DNA from: an uncultured Clostridia bacterium
Lineage (GTDB): Bacteria; Bacillota; Clostridia; Christensenellales; UBA1242
Assembly (NCBI GenBank): GCA_934777435.1
Contig: CAKVNK010000001.1
Coordinates: forward strand, 381,827 to 445,826
DNA length: 64,000 nucleotides
Direction: 5' to 3'
A program made the translations under genes and the position numbers. The notes beneath the pieces were generated by a model, which made no database searches, was not told the origin of the DNA, and worked only from the letters and a program-made list of their open reading frames with translations. Shown here one piece after another: positions 18,313-29,000 of this stretch; the first letter of the stretch is position 1; each line of letters begins with the position of its first letter.

Positions 18313-21300
18313 TTATTTTTCTGCTTTTTGCTTATGTTTTTTGATTAGAACCATAATTGTGATAGCTATTATAAAACCTAAAACAAAGGTTGTTGTCAAT
18401 ATTGGAACAATATACTCTTTTGCTGTATGCGCGACTTCTAACGTTGTGTCACCATTAATTATTACTTTGCTTCCGTCAATTTTTGTGCCATTATTTAACC
18501 AATATGAAACCGTTTCTTGATACAATGTGCTTAAATCTATTTCTGTGCCATATTCATAATATCCAGTATACACCACTTTGCCTTTATTTTTAAGAGTAAG
18601 CAAGAAAAGTTGTTCATAGACAGCAGTATAAGTTGTGTTGGAAATTGCAACAACTGGTTCTTGAATTGAATAAACTGCAGTACTATTGCCCCATGCAATC
18701 AATTTTTTATCTGCTTCCAACTCTGTTCCATCAAAATTTGGGAGACTGAACATGGTGTATGGTGTGTAATATGCTGTTTCAGTTTTTGCACCATAATCAA
18801 AATTAATTTTAACCTTATTGCCTAAATTTGCTGTAAGTGTAATATTTACTTGCATTGTGATTTTGCTATTAAAAGAATATTCATTGCCAAGTTGGTCTGA
18901 AAAACTTACAGCATATTGTGTTGGTAAAAGGTCAAAATCAAGTGTTACGATTTCGCCATATTTATAGGTTTTTGTTTGTTGCAAACTGCCAAAATTAAGA
19001 GTTAAACCAACTGGGCTTGCTTTGCCAATTATTGTATTATCTTTTAACTCTGCACTTATGTTTGAAGTTGATAAATTAACTAGTTCACAATATGCGTCTG
19101 TTAAGGCAAAATTGTTTGCCTTTAAAATGCACATATCGTCAACAAAATCAAGCAAATTGAAAGTGCAATTTGTTAAGTTTGTAAACACACCACCATCAAG
19201 TATCAATTCACTACCAAATTTGATATTGATTTGTGCTTGAATATTTGCCCCAGCATTTATTGTTGTTTTACCACCAAGCAAACTGATTTCTCCGGATTGC
19301 TCGTCACCGCCAACTATTGCGTTTTTAAGTGTTAAATTGCCTGACACAATCACAATATCGTTACCAGACACAGCGGTGTTGTCTTGAACAACGGAATTAT
19401 CAATAATAAGTTGGCGAACTGCAACTGTTGTTGAATAATATATTCCACCTGCTTGTTTTGTTGCTGTGTTATTGCTTATTTGTGAATATTTAATATTTGT
19501 GTATCCGTCAATATGTAAACCCGCACCAATTTCAGCAGTGTTTTGTGTGATTATGCAGTTGTTTGTGTTTAAAATGCCACCTGCATAATTTTTGATTGTT
19601 CCATTTTGAGATTTGTTGTTTTTTATTTCACAACGATTTAAAGATATGTTACATTTGAAAGCCAAAACACCATCTTTTGTTGAAACATTATCAGAGATAA
19701 TTGTTGTTAAAAATGTTGCACTCGCACTTGCGTAATCGCCGAAAAGTGCACTACCATTTTGTGCTTTGTTATTTGTGATTTTACAGTTTTCAAAGGTTGA
19801 ATTTTTTGAGTTGTTAAGCAAAATTATTGCTCCACCATTGCCTGACGACACATTATTAGTTAACACAACATATTGTGCTTTAACTGTGCCAGCAGTACTG
19901 ATTAAAGCCCCATTTTGAGTAAAGCCATTACCGTTCAAAATCAACCAATTTGTGCTTTTGCCTACCAAATTAAAGGTAGCACCTGTTACAACTGAAATCA
20001 AATTGCCAGCTTCAATTTTTGAAATTGTTATGTCACCTTCAACCCCTTCCGCAATAGCAAAAGTTAAGTTTTTATCTATTGTTAAATTTACGCTTGAACA
20101 ACTTTTTAACAACAAAATTGTGTCGCCAGATTGAGCAAATTTGACTGCTTCAAGCAAAGAATTATATTCGGTTTCACCAATTTTACAAACCGCTTGACTG
20201 TTTGTTTGTGGTTGCATTGCCACACTTAAACATGAACTGCTGAAAGTGTTATCAACTGCAACAACTTTATAATTTGGTGTGTAGCCCTCTGGATAGGTTG
20301 TTGAATCTGTAAACGCATTTGTGTAACTGAAACCTATTTGTTTATAGCCGTTTGTTTCATCACCCTGCCAAATTTCATGGCCCAAATGATTTTCATTGTT
20401 TGTGTGATTGATAAATATATTATATCCTGTTGCAGTTTTTGTTATGCTTTGTATGTTTGCAACTGTGGAAGATGAATAAATTGGTGTTGTGTTTGTGTTG
20501 TGATATGCAGTGGCTGTTTGATACCATAATTTTGGCTGTTTTGTGTTGTCAATTATACCATTTGTTGTTGCCAGTGACATAAGTTCTTTAAATGTTTTGC
20601 TTGCGTTTTCAATTTTGAAAACTGGGTCATTCTCCAATTTATTTGTAAGCGAATAACCCCAACGGTCAAAATAATAACTCATATCTATGCCAGTAACCAA
20701 AGAAGAAAACAAAACTTGTTTTTCAGTTGGTTTAAGGTTATTTATTTGTGTTTGTATTGTGCTATCTAATGCCAAAAATAGCTTTAATGTTGCGTTTGTG
20801 CCACGATAACAATTTTCAAGGTTTGCCCAATAGCCTTTTTGCCAACACTCTATATACCACCAAATTAAAAAGTTATAGCGATTGCTGTTAAAATATGGTG
20901 TTGCATCATAAATTAAATCGTTTGAAAGTGTGGTTGTTGTTTTTGCAAACTCGCCACGTGCATTAAGTTTTTCAATAACTGTTTCATTATACTTTGCAAA
21001 CATATTGTTGGTAGTTTCACCGATTGTGCGGTTTGGATTGTCCATCATATGCCCAATTTCGTGCGGGATACCCCAGCCAAAGCCTGAACCAGTGATTAAA
21101 CTGCTTTGCCAACTGTAATATACACCAATATGTTCTGAATAAGCATAAGCTGCTGCCCCTGCCCATGGTTGCACAACCCTAATATTTACGTTGGCGTGCA
21201 AGTTACGTTCATCAAAAAGTGGATTAGATTTATTTTGTGTTATGCCATCAAATTCAAGCAGTTGGTCCATAAAAGTGTTCCAATTTGTGATTGCTTGGCT

Positions 21301-22806
21301 TGGATTAAAGTTTGCATAAATTTCGTTTGCCTTTGTGGCTGTTACTGTTAAAATCGCATGGTCAGTTACAATTTCAGTTAAGTCCACGACTTCGCTTGGG
21401 TTGGCTTGCACTTGTTTTGCATATTCATTAAGTTGCAATTTATATGCTTTTGTATCTGTTGTTGCGGTAAGCACTGGAAACAATGCTCCGCCTTCAATAT
21501 ACACTTTCACATTTGAACTTTGCTCTGTGCTTGAATAAGGATTGCAAATATAGATTGGCCCACCAAGTGGAACGTCTATTGAATAGTCATCTGTTTTAAA
21601 GTTTGGTACAGTGAACGTATTTTTGCCAACGCTTAACTGCAATTCTCCACTTAACCATTTACGCCAATAACCAACATGTTGTGAAAATCTTATTTTTGGT
21701 AATGGGTCGCTTGCTTCTGCTTCAACATACACGGTGATTTGTTGCCCTGCATACGCCAAGACACCCGTTGTTTGCCTGTTTGTGCCAAACGAATTAAGTT
21801 GCAAATTATTGCGACAATATGCTTCTATATTACCATACTGATTGATAACATTTTGTGCATTTTGATTGGTTGACAATTCCCTTTGTGGTGCGTAAACCAC
21901 TTTGTTTAATGCCACTTGTTTTGCACGGTCAAGTTTAGTTTGAGTTAAAGAATAATTTACGTTTTGTTTAAGTTTGTTTTCAAGTTCTTTAACCTTTTCA
22001 AAAGTTGAATATTTGCTGTTTAATTTTGTTTGTGTGTAATCTGTGAAAAGGTTTGAATAATCTTCAAACAACTCATTTTCTGGTTGCAAGAAAATAATTT
22101 CCCTTGCTGTTGGCTGATATTTGTGATATGTTGGCACTTTAACATATTCAAACCTAAATTGTTTAACAGCAAAAGTTGTGCCAAAATCAAAAACAACAAG
22201 GTTTGATGTTTCAGTAGATTTTATGTTGCAAATTTGTTGCCAGCCATTGCCGTTGTTAAAATACAAATTAAGTTCGGTTGGATAACCCCTTGTTGTGCCG
22301 TTTTCTGTGCCATAAATTAAGCGGTTAATATTAACTGTTTGATTGAAAGTTACATCAATATGGTTAAGGAAGTTTGTTACAAGCACTTCATTAGTGGTTT
22401 TATCCACAACGTTAACATTGTTATCTTGTGCTGATTTAAAGCAAGTGTTAAAATTGCGGTCAAATGCTTTTGATAATTCATTGCCAGCCGCCGCACCACC
22501 ATTGTTTGAATAACTGAACATACTGGTTGGCACTGAATAGAAGTTTAAATATTCACTTTGTATGCGGTAATCTCCACTTTCAAGCACGGTTGCCGTTGGG
22601 GTTGTTTGTTTAGGTGTTAAATCTATTGCTGTGTTTGTGATTTTGCTTGCTTTTTCAGATGTTGAAATGTCGGCTACAACTTTACTTTGATAAACACCAA
22701 AAAGTTTTGGTGTTTTAACGCCAAACAAAAATGGAACAGCGCTTAACATAAACACAAAAATGCTAAGTAAAGAACATTTAAAAACTTTTGATTTTGATTG
22801 TTTCAT
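18313..22806 (-). CDS. M60-like (enhancin-type) zinc metallopeptidase surface protein with beta-helix repeats and C-terminal TM anchor
   Basis: 1497 aa; N-terminal signal/TM; GWGIPHEIGHMMD...GETTNNMF matches the M60-like HExxH plus downstream E-T-N signature. Later GGAI/GGIL/AGGIYY repeats are typical of a right-handed beta-helix. Listeria-Bacteroides-type repeats and a C-terminal hydrophobic anchor plus KKHKQK follow. Confidence 0.75.
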   Translation of the reverse strand: MKQSKSKVFKCSLLSIFVFMLSAVPFLFGVKTPKLFGVYQSKVVADISTSEKASKITNTAIDLTPKQTTPTATVLESGDYRIQSEYLNFYSVPTSMFSYSNNGGAAAGNELSKAFDRNFNTCFKSAQDNNVNVVDKTTNEVLVTNFLNHIDVTFNQTVNINRLIYGTENGTTRGYPTELNLYFNNGNGWQQICNIKSTETSNLVVFDFGTTFAVKQFRFEYVKVPTYHKYQPTAREIIFLQPENELFEDYSNLFTDYTQTKLNSKYSTFEKVKELENKLKQNVNYSLTQTKLDRAKQVALNKVVYAPQRELSTNQNAQNVINQYGNIEAYCRNNLQLNSFGTNRQTTGVLAYAGQQITVYVEAEASDPLPKIRFSQHVGYWRKWLSGELQLSVGKNTFTVPNFKTDDYSIDVPLGGPIYICNPYSSTEQSSNVKVYIEGGALFPVLTATTDTKAYKLQLNEYAKQVQANPSEVVDLTEIVTDHAILTVTATKANEIYANFNPSQAITNWNTFMDQLLEFDGITQNKSNPLFDERNLHANVNIRVVQPWAGAAAYAYSEHIGVYYSWQSSLITGSGFGWGIPHEIGHMMDNPNRTIGETTNNMFAKYNETVIEKLNARGEFAKTTTTLSNDLIYDATPYFNSNRYNFLIWWYIECWQKGYWANLENCYRGTNATLKLFLALDSTIQTQINNLKPTEKQVLFSSLVTGIDMSYYFDRWGYSLTNKLENDPVFKIENASKTFKELMSLATTNGIIDNTKQPKLWYQTATAYHNTNTTPIYSSSTVANIQSITKTATGYNIFINHTNNENHLGHEIWQGDETNGYKQIGFSYTNAFTDSTTYPEGYTPNYKVVAVDNTFSSSCLSVAMQPQTNSQAVCKIGETEYNSLLEAVKFAQSGDTILLLKSCSSVNLTIDKNLTFAIAEGVEGDITISKIEAGNLISVVTGATFNLVGKSTNWLILNGNGFTQNGALISTAGTVKAQYVVLTNNVSSGNGGAIILLNNSKNSTFENCKITNNKAQNGSALFGDYASASATFLTTIISDNVSTKDGVLAFKCNISLNRCEIKNNKSQNGTIKNYAGGILNTNNCIITQNTAEIGAGLHIDGYTNIKYSQISNNTATKQAGGIYYSTTVAVRQLIIDNSVVQDNTAVSGNDIVIVSGNLTLKNAIVGGDEQSGEISLLGGKTTINAGANIQAQINIKFGSELILDGGVFTNLTNCTFNLLDFVDDMCILKANNFALTDAYCELVNLSTSNISAELKDNTIIGKASPVGLTLNFGSLQQTKTYKYGEIVTLDFDLLPTQYAVSFSDQLGNEYSFNSKITMQVNITLTANLGNKVKINFDYGAKTETAYYTPYTMFSLPNFDGTELEADKKLIAWGNSTAVYSIQEPVVAISNTTYTAVYEQLFLLTLKNKGKVVYTGYYEYGTEIDLSTLYQETVSYWLNNGTKIDGSKVIINGDTTLEVAHTAKEYIVPILTTTFVLGFIIAITIMVLIKKHKQKAEK

Positions 22807-22902
22807 ACACTATTCCTTTTGATTTTCAACGTAACAACAAATTAATCAATAAAATTATTTTACTTGTCTATATTTATTTATGTTGTTATATTGCTTTTTT
22901 TA

Positions 22903-22946
22903 TATTCAAGTATATAATACTTGCTATTCAAGTATATTTTACTTGC
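22903..22946. promoter_or_regulatory. two tandem 22-bp units each containing a CAAGTAT-N3-ATACTTG-type palindrome (operator-like)
   Basis: TATTCAAGTATATAATACTTGC then TATTCAAGTATATTTTACTTGC, 100-140 bp upstream of the M60-like start codon and just past the terminator of the upstream gene. Confidence 0.4.
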
Positions 22947-22965
22947 AAACCAGTTAATAAGGCAA

Positions 22966-22998
22966 GCAAAAAAGCCACAATATTCTGTGGCTTTTTTA
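22966..22998. terminator. bidirectional intrinsic terminator after the giant surface-protein gene
   Basis: AGCCACA-atattc-TGTGGCT stem-loop flanked by an A-run and a T-run. Confidence 0.7.
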
Positions 22999-23048
22999 TT
23001 GAATAAATTGTTTAAACAAATTAAATAAATTTATTAAATCAATTAAAT

Positions 23049-26000
23049 TTAGTTTTTACCGGTTTTGACAACACCATTCCAATTTGCATAAATGGTTGTG
23101 TCACCAGTAACGGTTAAACTTGTGATATTTGAACCACCTTTTGAAGTTGACCAACCTTCAAATTCATAATGCCACCATTTTACAACCCATTTACCAGTTG
23201 AATAAACCCATGTTGGTGTATAGTTGCTTAAATTGATTGTTTCACCTTCAAGTACAAGCAAACTTTCAACTGGGAAACTTATATCTGATTTATACGCACT
23301 CGTAATATTTGTATCTTTGCTAAAGCTGATTGTAAAGTAGTTTTTGATTTGTTCGTCCCACGATGCAATAACTTCAATATCACTATTTGGCATTGTGATT
23401 GAAGATATATCTTCTACTTTGGTTTCATCAATATAATAGCCGTTAAATGTTAAATAAATGTGTTGAGATAATTGACCATTTGCATAGGTATCCCAATCAG
23501 AACTTGATTGTGATGCAACATCAAATGTTTCGCCTTGGTACAAACTGATTGCGTAATCTAATATTGTACCTTTTACTGAAACAATTTTTGCAGTATATTT
23601 ATTACGAATATGAAGTTCAATATCTTGTTCAGGCATTGTGAAGTTTGCAATATCAATTTGATTTGTGAAATTGCTATCTAAATAGTACAAAGTATCATCT
23701 TTAAATTGACTGCCATTTAATGTGAGTGTTTGACCAACAAGCACACGGCGAACTAGCAATTTTTGACCAGCGTCATAAATTGTTAATTGATAACTTGTTG
23801 CACTATCCATAATCACCCATTTTGCATAAAGCACTGTGTTTTGACTTGGTGCAACATTTGAAGCAAATTCTGTTGTTAAACTTTCGTCAACAAACCAACC
23901 TTCAAATTGCTTTGTATAAGTTGTGTTGCCAACAACTTCAATTAACAAATCAACATATGTTGGCAATTCAAATGTTTCGCCTTCAAGCAAGGTAATTGAA
24001 TCTTTTGCTTCTCCACCATTTGTAACAAAATTGATTGTTACATATTTTTTAACAACTGTTTCCCATTTTGCATAGATTGTTAAATCTTTTCTTGGCAAAA
24101 TGTGTTCAGCATATTCGGTACCCATTGCAAAATCTTTGCTTGTGTACCAGCCAACAAAATTATAGTAAGTGCGTTCTGTGGCTGAATCCACATAATAGTT
24201 TTCCAAAACTGGCAAAGCAAATTCTGTGCCAGCAATACCTTTGACGTCTGCCACGGTGTGTATGCTGTTTGTTTCAAACTTCAATGTGAATTCACGTTGG
24301 CTTGAAAGTTTCCAGTCACCATCATAAGCGTCCCATGCCGCACCTTCTTGCAAACCGCTGTTGTTTGAAACAAAGTCATACATTGTTTGCATGTCAGTTT
24401 CTCCACCGATGTTGACAAGGTTAAGATTATCAGTTTTGATTGTGATTTCAACACTGCTTGCAACTGGCATAAACACGTCAAGTGTGATTCCTCTTACAAC
24501 TTGTTTGCCGTTATAATCGGTTGTTCTTATGCCAAGGGTCATAGTGTCTAATTGGTCGTTTTCAGCAAGTTCTTTAAGGTTTAAAGTTAAAGCATAGTAA
24601 TTGCTAGATGCGTTGAAACCTTTTAAGATGTTGCTGTAATCTAATGGATTTTGACGTTGCTTGTTCATAGAATCGTTGATTGCTGACATAATTTTGTCAC
24701 TCATACCGAATCCGTATTGAAGCAAATAGTAAAGCGGATCTTCTAAGAAAGTGTCCATATGGACTTTCATTTTCTTTTCATAGGTCTTTGTGCCTGAAAG
24801 TGTTGTAATCTTTTCTGTTCTGTAAATATACACCATTTCATTTTTGATGTAGATATACAACATACGTTTGTCGCCCGCTGACAGATTACCGGTTTTGAAA
24901 GGCACATCGTTATTCACGCCCACAACAACTGGAATTGCACCCATTTTTACGCTTGCTTCAAACTTGCCGTTTTCAAGCAATTTGATTTTTGCGTTTACTG
25001 GAATATTCCAGTCAATGTTGATGCCGATAACATTAATTTTAAGTTTTACACTGCCGTCAATTTCAAAATCTTTAAAGTTTTTGCTGTTGTTAACCGCTTC
25101 AAGCAAATTGCCAACACCAGACAGGTCAATATAATCACCTTCTGGCAATGCACCGATTGGCTCAAATTCGTTTAAGCAAATTTCAACTTTATCAATAGCA
25201 TTGTTTTTATATGTCAAATCTTTAAGTGTAACTTTGGTTAATCTTTCAGGTGAATAATCAACACTTAATTTAAGTTTATTAAACACTGATGTGTTAAAGC
25301 CCATATTGCTTAAATCTGCAATCAAACTTAAATTGCTATCGGTTAAACTGATTGATTTAAGCATTTCAATGCTGAGTTTATTTAAAATTGATTTATCGTT
25401 TGCTTGTCCAATTAAATTTTTGATGCTGTCAATCACGCTTGAACCAGTTTCAACGCCAAGCAATTCACAAACATTGTTAATAATTTGAACAATGTTTTCA
25501 CCATTGATTTTAACATACATATTGTTGTAACGCACATATGCAACATTATTAAGGTAGTTGATTTGAATTGTATGTTCATTGTTAACTGTTCTTGCAACTG
25601 TATCGCTTCTTGCCCCAGTTGAACTATGCTCGTAAGTGTTGGTTGTTGTAACAGCATTTAGGTTAATGCTGATTTGCATTTTGGTGAAGTCAAATTTATT
25701 TTTGCCGTCCACCATTGAATAAGCGTTTGTCCAAACAAATTTTGCATTGCTGGTTGGCAACAAGTTTACAACTGTTTCAGTTGTGCTGATTGGTTGGTTA
25801 TTTTCGTTATATGTTGTTTTTGTGTTTGTAAGTTGTGTTTGCAAGCCAAATGAAATGTGCTTGTTATCAACCACTTCAACCGCTGTGTTAAGTGCACTAT
25901 TTACGGCTGATTTTAAGTTGTTAAGGCTTGTATATTCACTTGCGTCAACACTAGGCATATCAAATGAGTTAAGAATTGCCACATCACCAGATGCTGAAAT

Positions 26001-29000
26001 GCCTTTGATATTCAATCCGTCAAAGCGAAGACCAGTTATGCTATCATTGAAGTTGATGTTAAATTCTAAATCTTCATTTGAGTCAAACAAGTGTTTTGCA
26101 AAGACAACACGTAAAGTTTGATTTTCAATGCTAATGTGTGAAAGCACGCTTAAATCTAACTTGCTGAAATCCTTGTTAATCAATGCGTCAATATCCAAGC
26201 CTGGCAAAATTGATTTTGCAAATGCTAATGCGTCAAATTTGCTTTCAGTGCTGGTTGTTTGTTTTGATTGTTCAACCAAATCACGCATTGAAATGTTTGA
26301 AAGGTCTTGTGTGATTAAATTATCACTGATAAATTTAATTTGCTTTAAAACTGCAATAATGTCTTTTAAATTTGCCACGTCAAGGCTGAGTTTTAAGTTG
26401 TTATATTTAACATAGATTGTGCCATCAATAACTTGTGCTGTAATATTGTGAGTGTAATTTTTTGCTGTATCTACCACCGCCAAGTTAACGTAAGCGGTTA
26501 AACCTGCTAAATTAAACTCTGTGCCTTGTTCTGTTTTTGTAAATGCGTTGTTTAAATCCGCATAAACTGTGCCAGTTAAGGCATAGGTTTTGCCTTTTAA
26601 TTTAACAAACATATTGTTAACCGACAAAGCAATTTGTTTTGTTTTTGTGATATTGTTAACAGTTGTTAAAGCACTTGAAACAAGGTTTTCAACACCTGAC
26701 AAATTGTTAAATTCTGCTGTGTTAACAGTTGAAGGAACAAATGCGTAATCAAGGTTGATGTTGGCATTTGCTTGAATATCACTAATAGACAAGTTGGCAA
26801 TCTTTAAACTTTCCACTGCTGTGCCATATCCAACTGTTAAATCAACATCTTGGTTAAGGTTGATAAGTTCTTTTGCTAAACCGATTTGCAATATGTTTTC
26901 AGTTAAACTGATATTTTTGATAAGTGCCATGGTTAAATTGCTGAAATCTTTATTCAACAATTCTTCCAACACAGAGCCAGAGATAAGGCTTGTTAAATCA
27001 AATTCAGTTTTTGTTTCGTTTGTTGGCAATAATGGTTTGATTGTTTCAATCAATGCTTTGATGCTTTCAACTGAAATTTTAATTTTTTGATTTTGGAAGT
27101 TAATATAAGCCACACCATTTTCAAGCCATAATTCAACTGCATAACTGCTGTTTAAAACAAAGTTTAAATTTGCATATGCTTTGATGCTTTCAATGTTGTA
27201 AGGTTTGTTTAAGTTAGATAAATCTAAATAAAGTTTGCCATTTACACCTAAATTTAAATCTGCCTTTTTAATGTTCAAATTTAAATCAAGTGCAAATTGT
27301 TTGTTGCTTAAATTTTCAACGGTTTGTTTTACGGCTGTTGCTAAATTGGTGATATTCGATAAATCGCTATATTCACCAATAATTTCAGGCACGCCATATG
27401 TGTTGTATACTGTTACATTTGCATTTGCTTGAATATCTTTTATATCAATGCCTGAGATTGACAATGCTTGCAAACTTTCACCATAGGTTAATTTAAGCAC
27501 GATGTTGGTTTTGGTTGCAATGTAAGCATTGCTGAGTTCAATGCGTGCGGTTGTTTCGCCAATTTCAATGCTTTCAATCAAGCCAAGGCTTAAACTGCTA
27601 AAATCGCCTGCTTTGATTTGTTCAAAGTTAAAGTTTGGTAAAATTTCTTTTAACACTGCATTAACATCAACTGAACCGCCTAAAATTGTTGTTAAATCTG
27701 TGATTTTGCTGATTGGCAATTTAACTTTTAAGCCGTCCAAATTCAAATAGATAACATTATCTTTAATATGTGCTTCAACCGGAATTGTTTTGCCTTCAAC
27801 CACGGCATTTAAGTTAACATAAATTGTGCCATTGTTGTAAGCCATATCACCATTGACTGCCACTGTTTTGCCCTTAACAATAAGGCTTGAAGCAATGTTA
27901 ACTGCAAATTTGTTGTTTGCTTTGAAGTTATCAACAGTGTTCATAACTGCTGAAATCAACTTGTTCGCGTTTTTTAAAGCGGTAAATTGGTATGATGTGG
28001 TGTCAAATTCAAATGCGGTTGCACCTAAACTTACGCTTGCGGTTGCGTGAACATTGTTAATATCTAAATTGCTTAACACAATGCTTGAAATTTGTGTGCC
28101 ATAATTTAACAAGATATCCACATTTTGTTCGCTGTTTAAAAGTTGTTTATCAAGTTGCAAACCAAACTTGCCTGCTGTGGAACTGATAACCGCCACCACA
28201 TTTTGTGGCAATTTGTTAAGGTTGCAAGCCACAACGTCAATAATAACGCTTGTGTTTGCCAAAATTTGTTTTGCAAGGTCTGCCACTTGCAAGACTGCTT
28301 GATTATTAAGTGCCAGTTTGATTGAAGCTAATATATTTTTAAAATCGTCAAAGGTCGCTTTGAATTTTAAGTTATCCACAACCATATATACTGTGCCGTC
28401 AACCACGCTTGCTTGAACAGAAATTGTTTTGTTGAATAAGTTTGCAACCAAGTTTGCACTGATTTTAAGGTTTGTGTTAAAGTCCACTGTTACAACGCCG
28501 TTAACCGCAACTGGTTTGCCGTCAGCCACAATGTTTGTTGCAAGGTTTAAACTAACTTGTTTGGTTGCCTTGATTTGTTTTACAGTGTTGATAACTGCAT
28601 TTGTAAGCCCTGACAAATCATTAAGGCTTGTATATTGTGCTTTATTGATTGCTGGAATTTCAACTTGACTGCTATAACTGATTTTTGCACTTAAATTGCT
28701 ATCCAACAACTTGATATTAGCAAGTGTGATTGAACTAAGTTGGTCGTTTTCGTCCAAAGCGATTTCAATTTTTAAATCATTTTCAATGCCAAGTGCTTTG
28801 CCTTTAAGGGTTACAATAATAACGTTTTCTTCCCCCCTTGCAAATTTAAGCAAGTTGTTGATATTGATATTAGATAAATCGCCTTCCAAGATTTTTGAAA
28901 GTTCAAAACCAGGAATAATTTTTGCAATCTTCACAAGCAAATTTTGCCCTGCTTGTTCGATATTGAATTGGCTTGAAATCGTGTCTACCACTGCTTGCAA

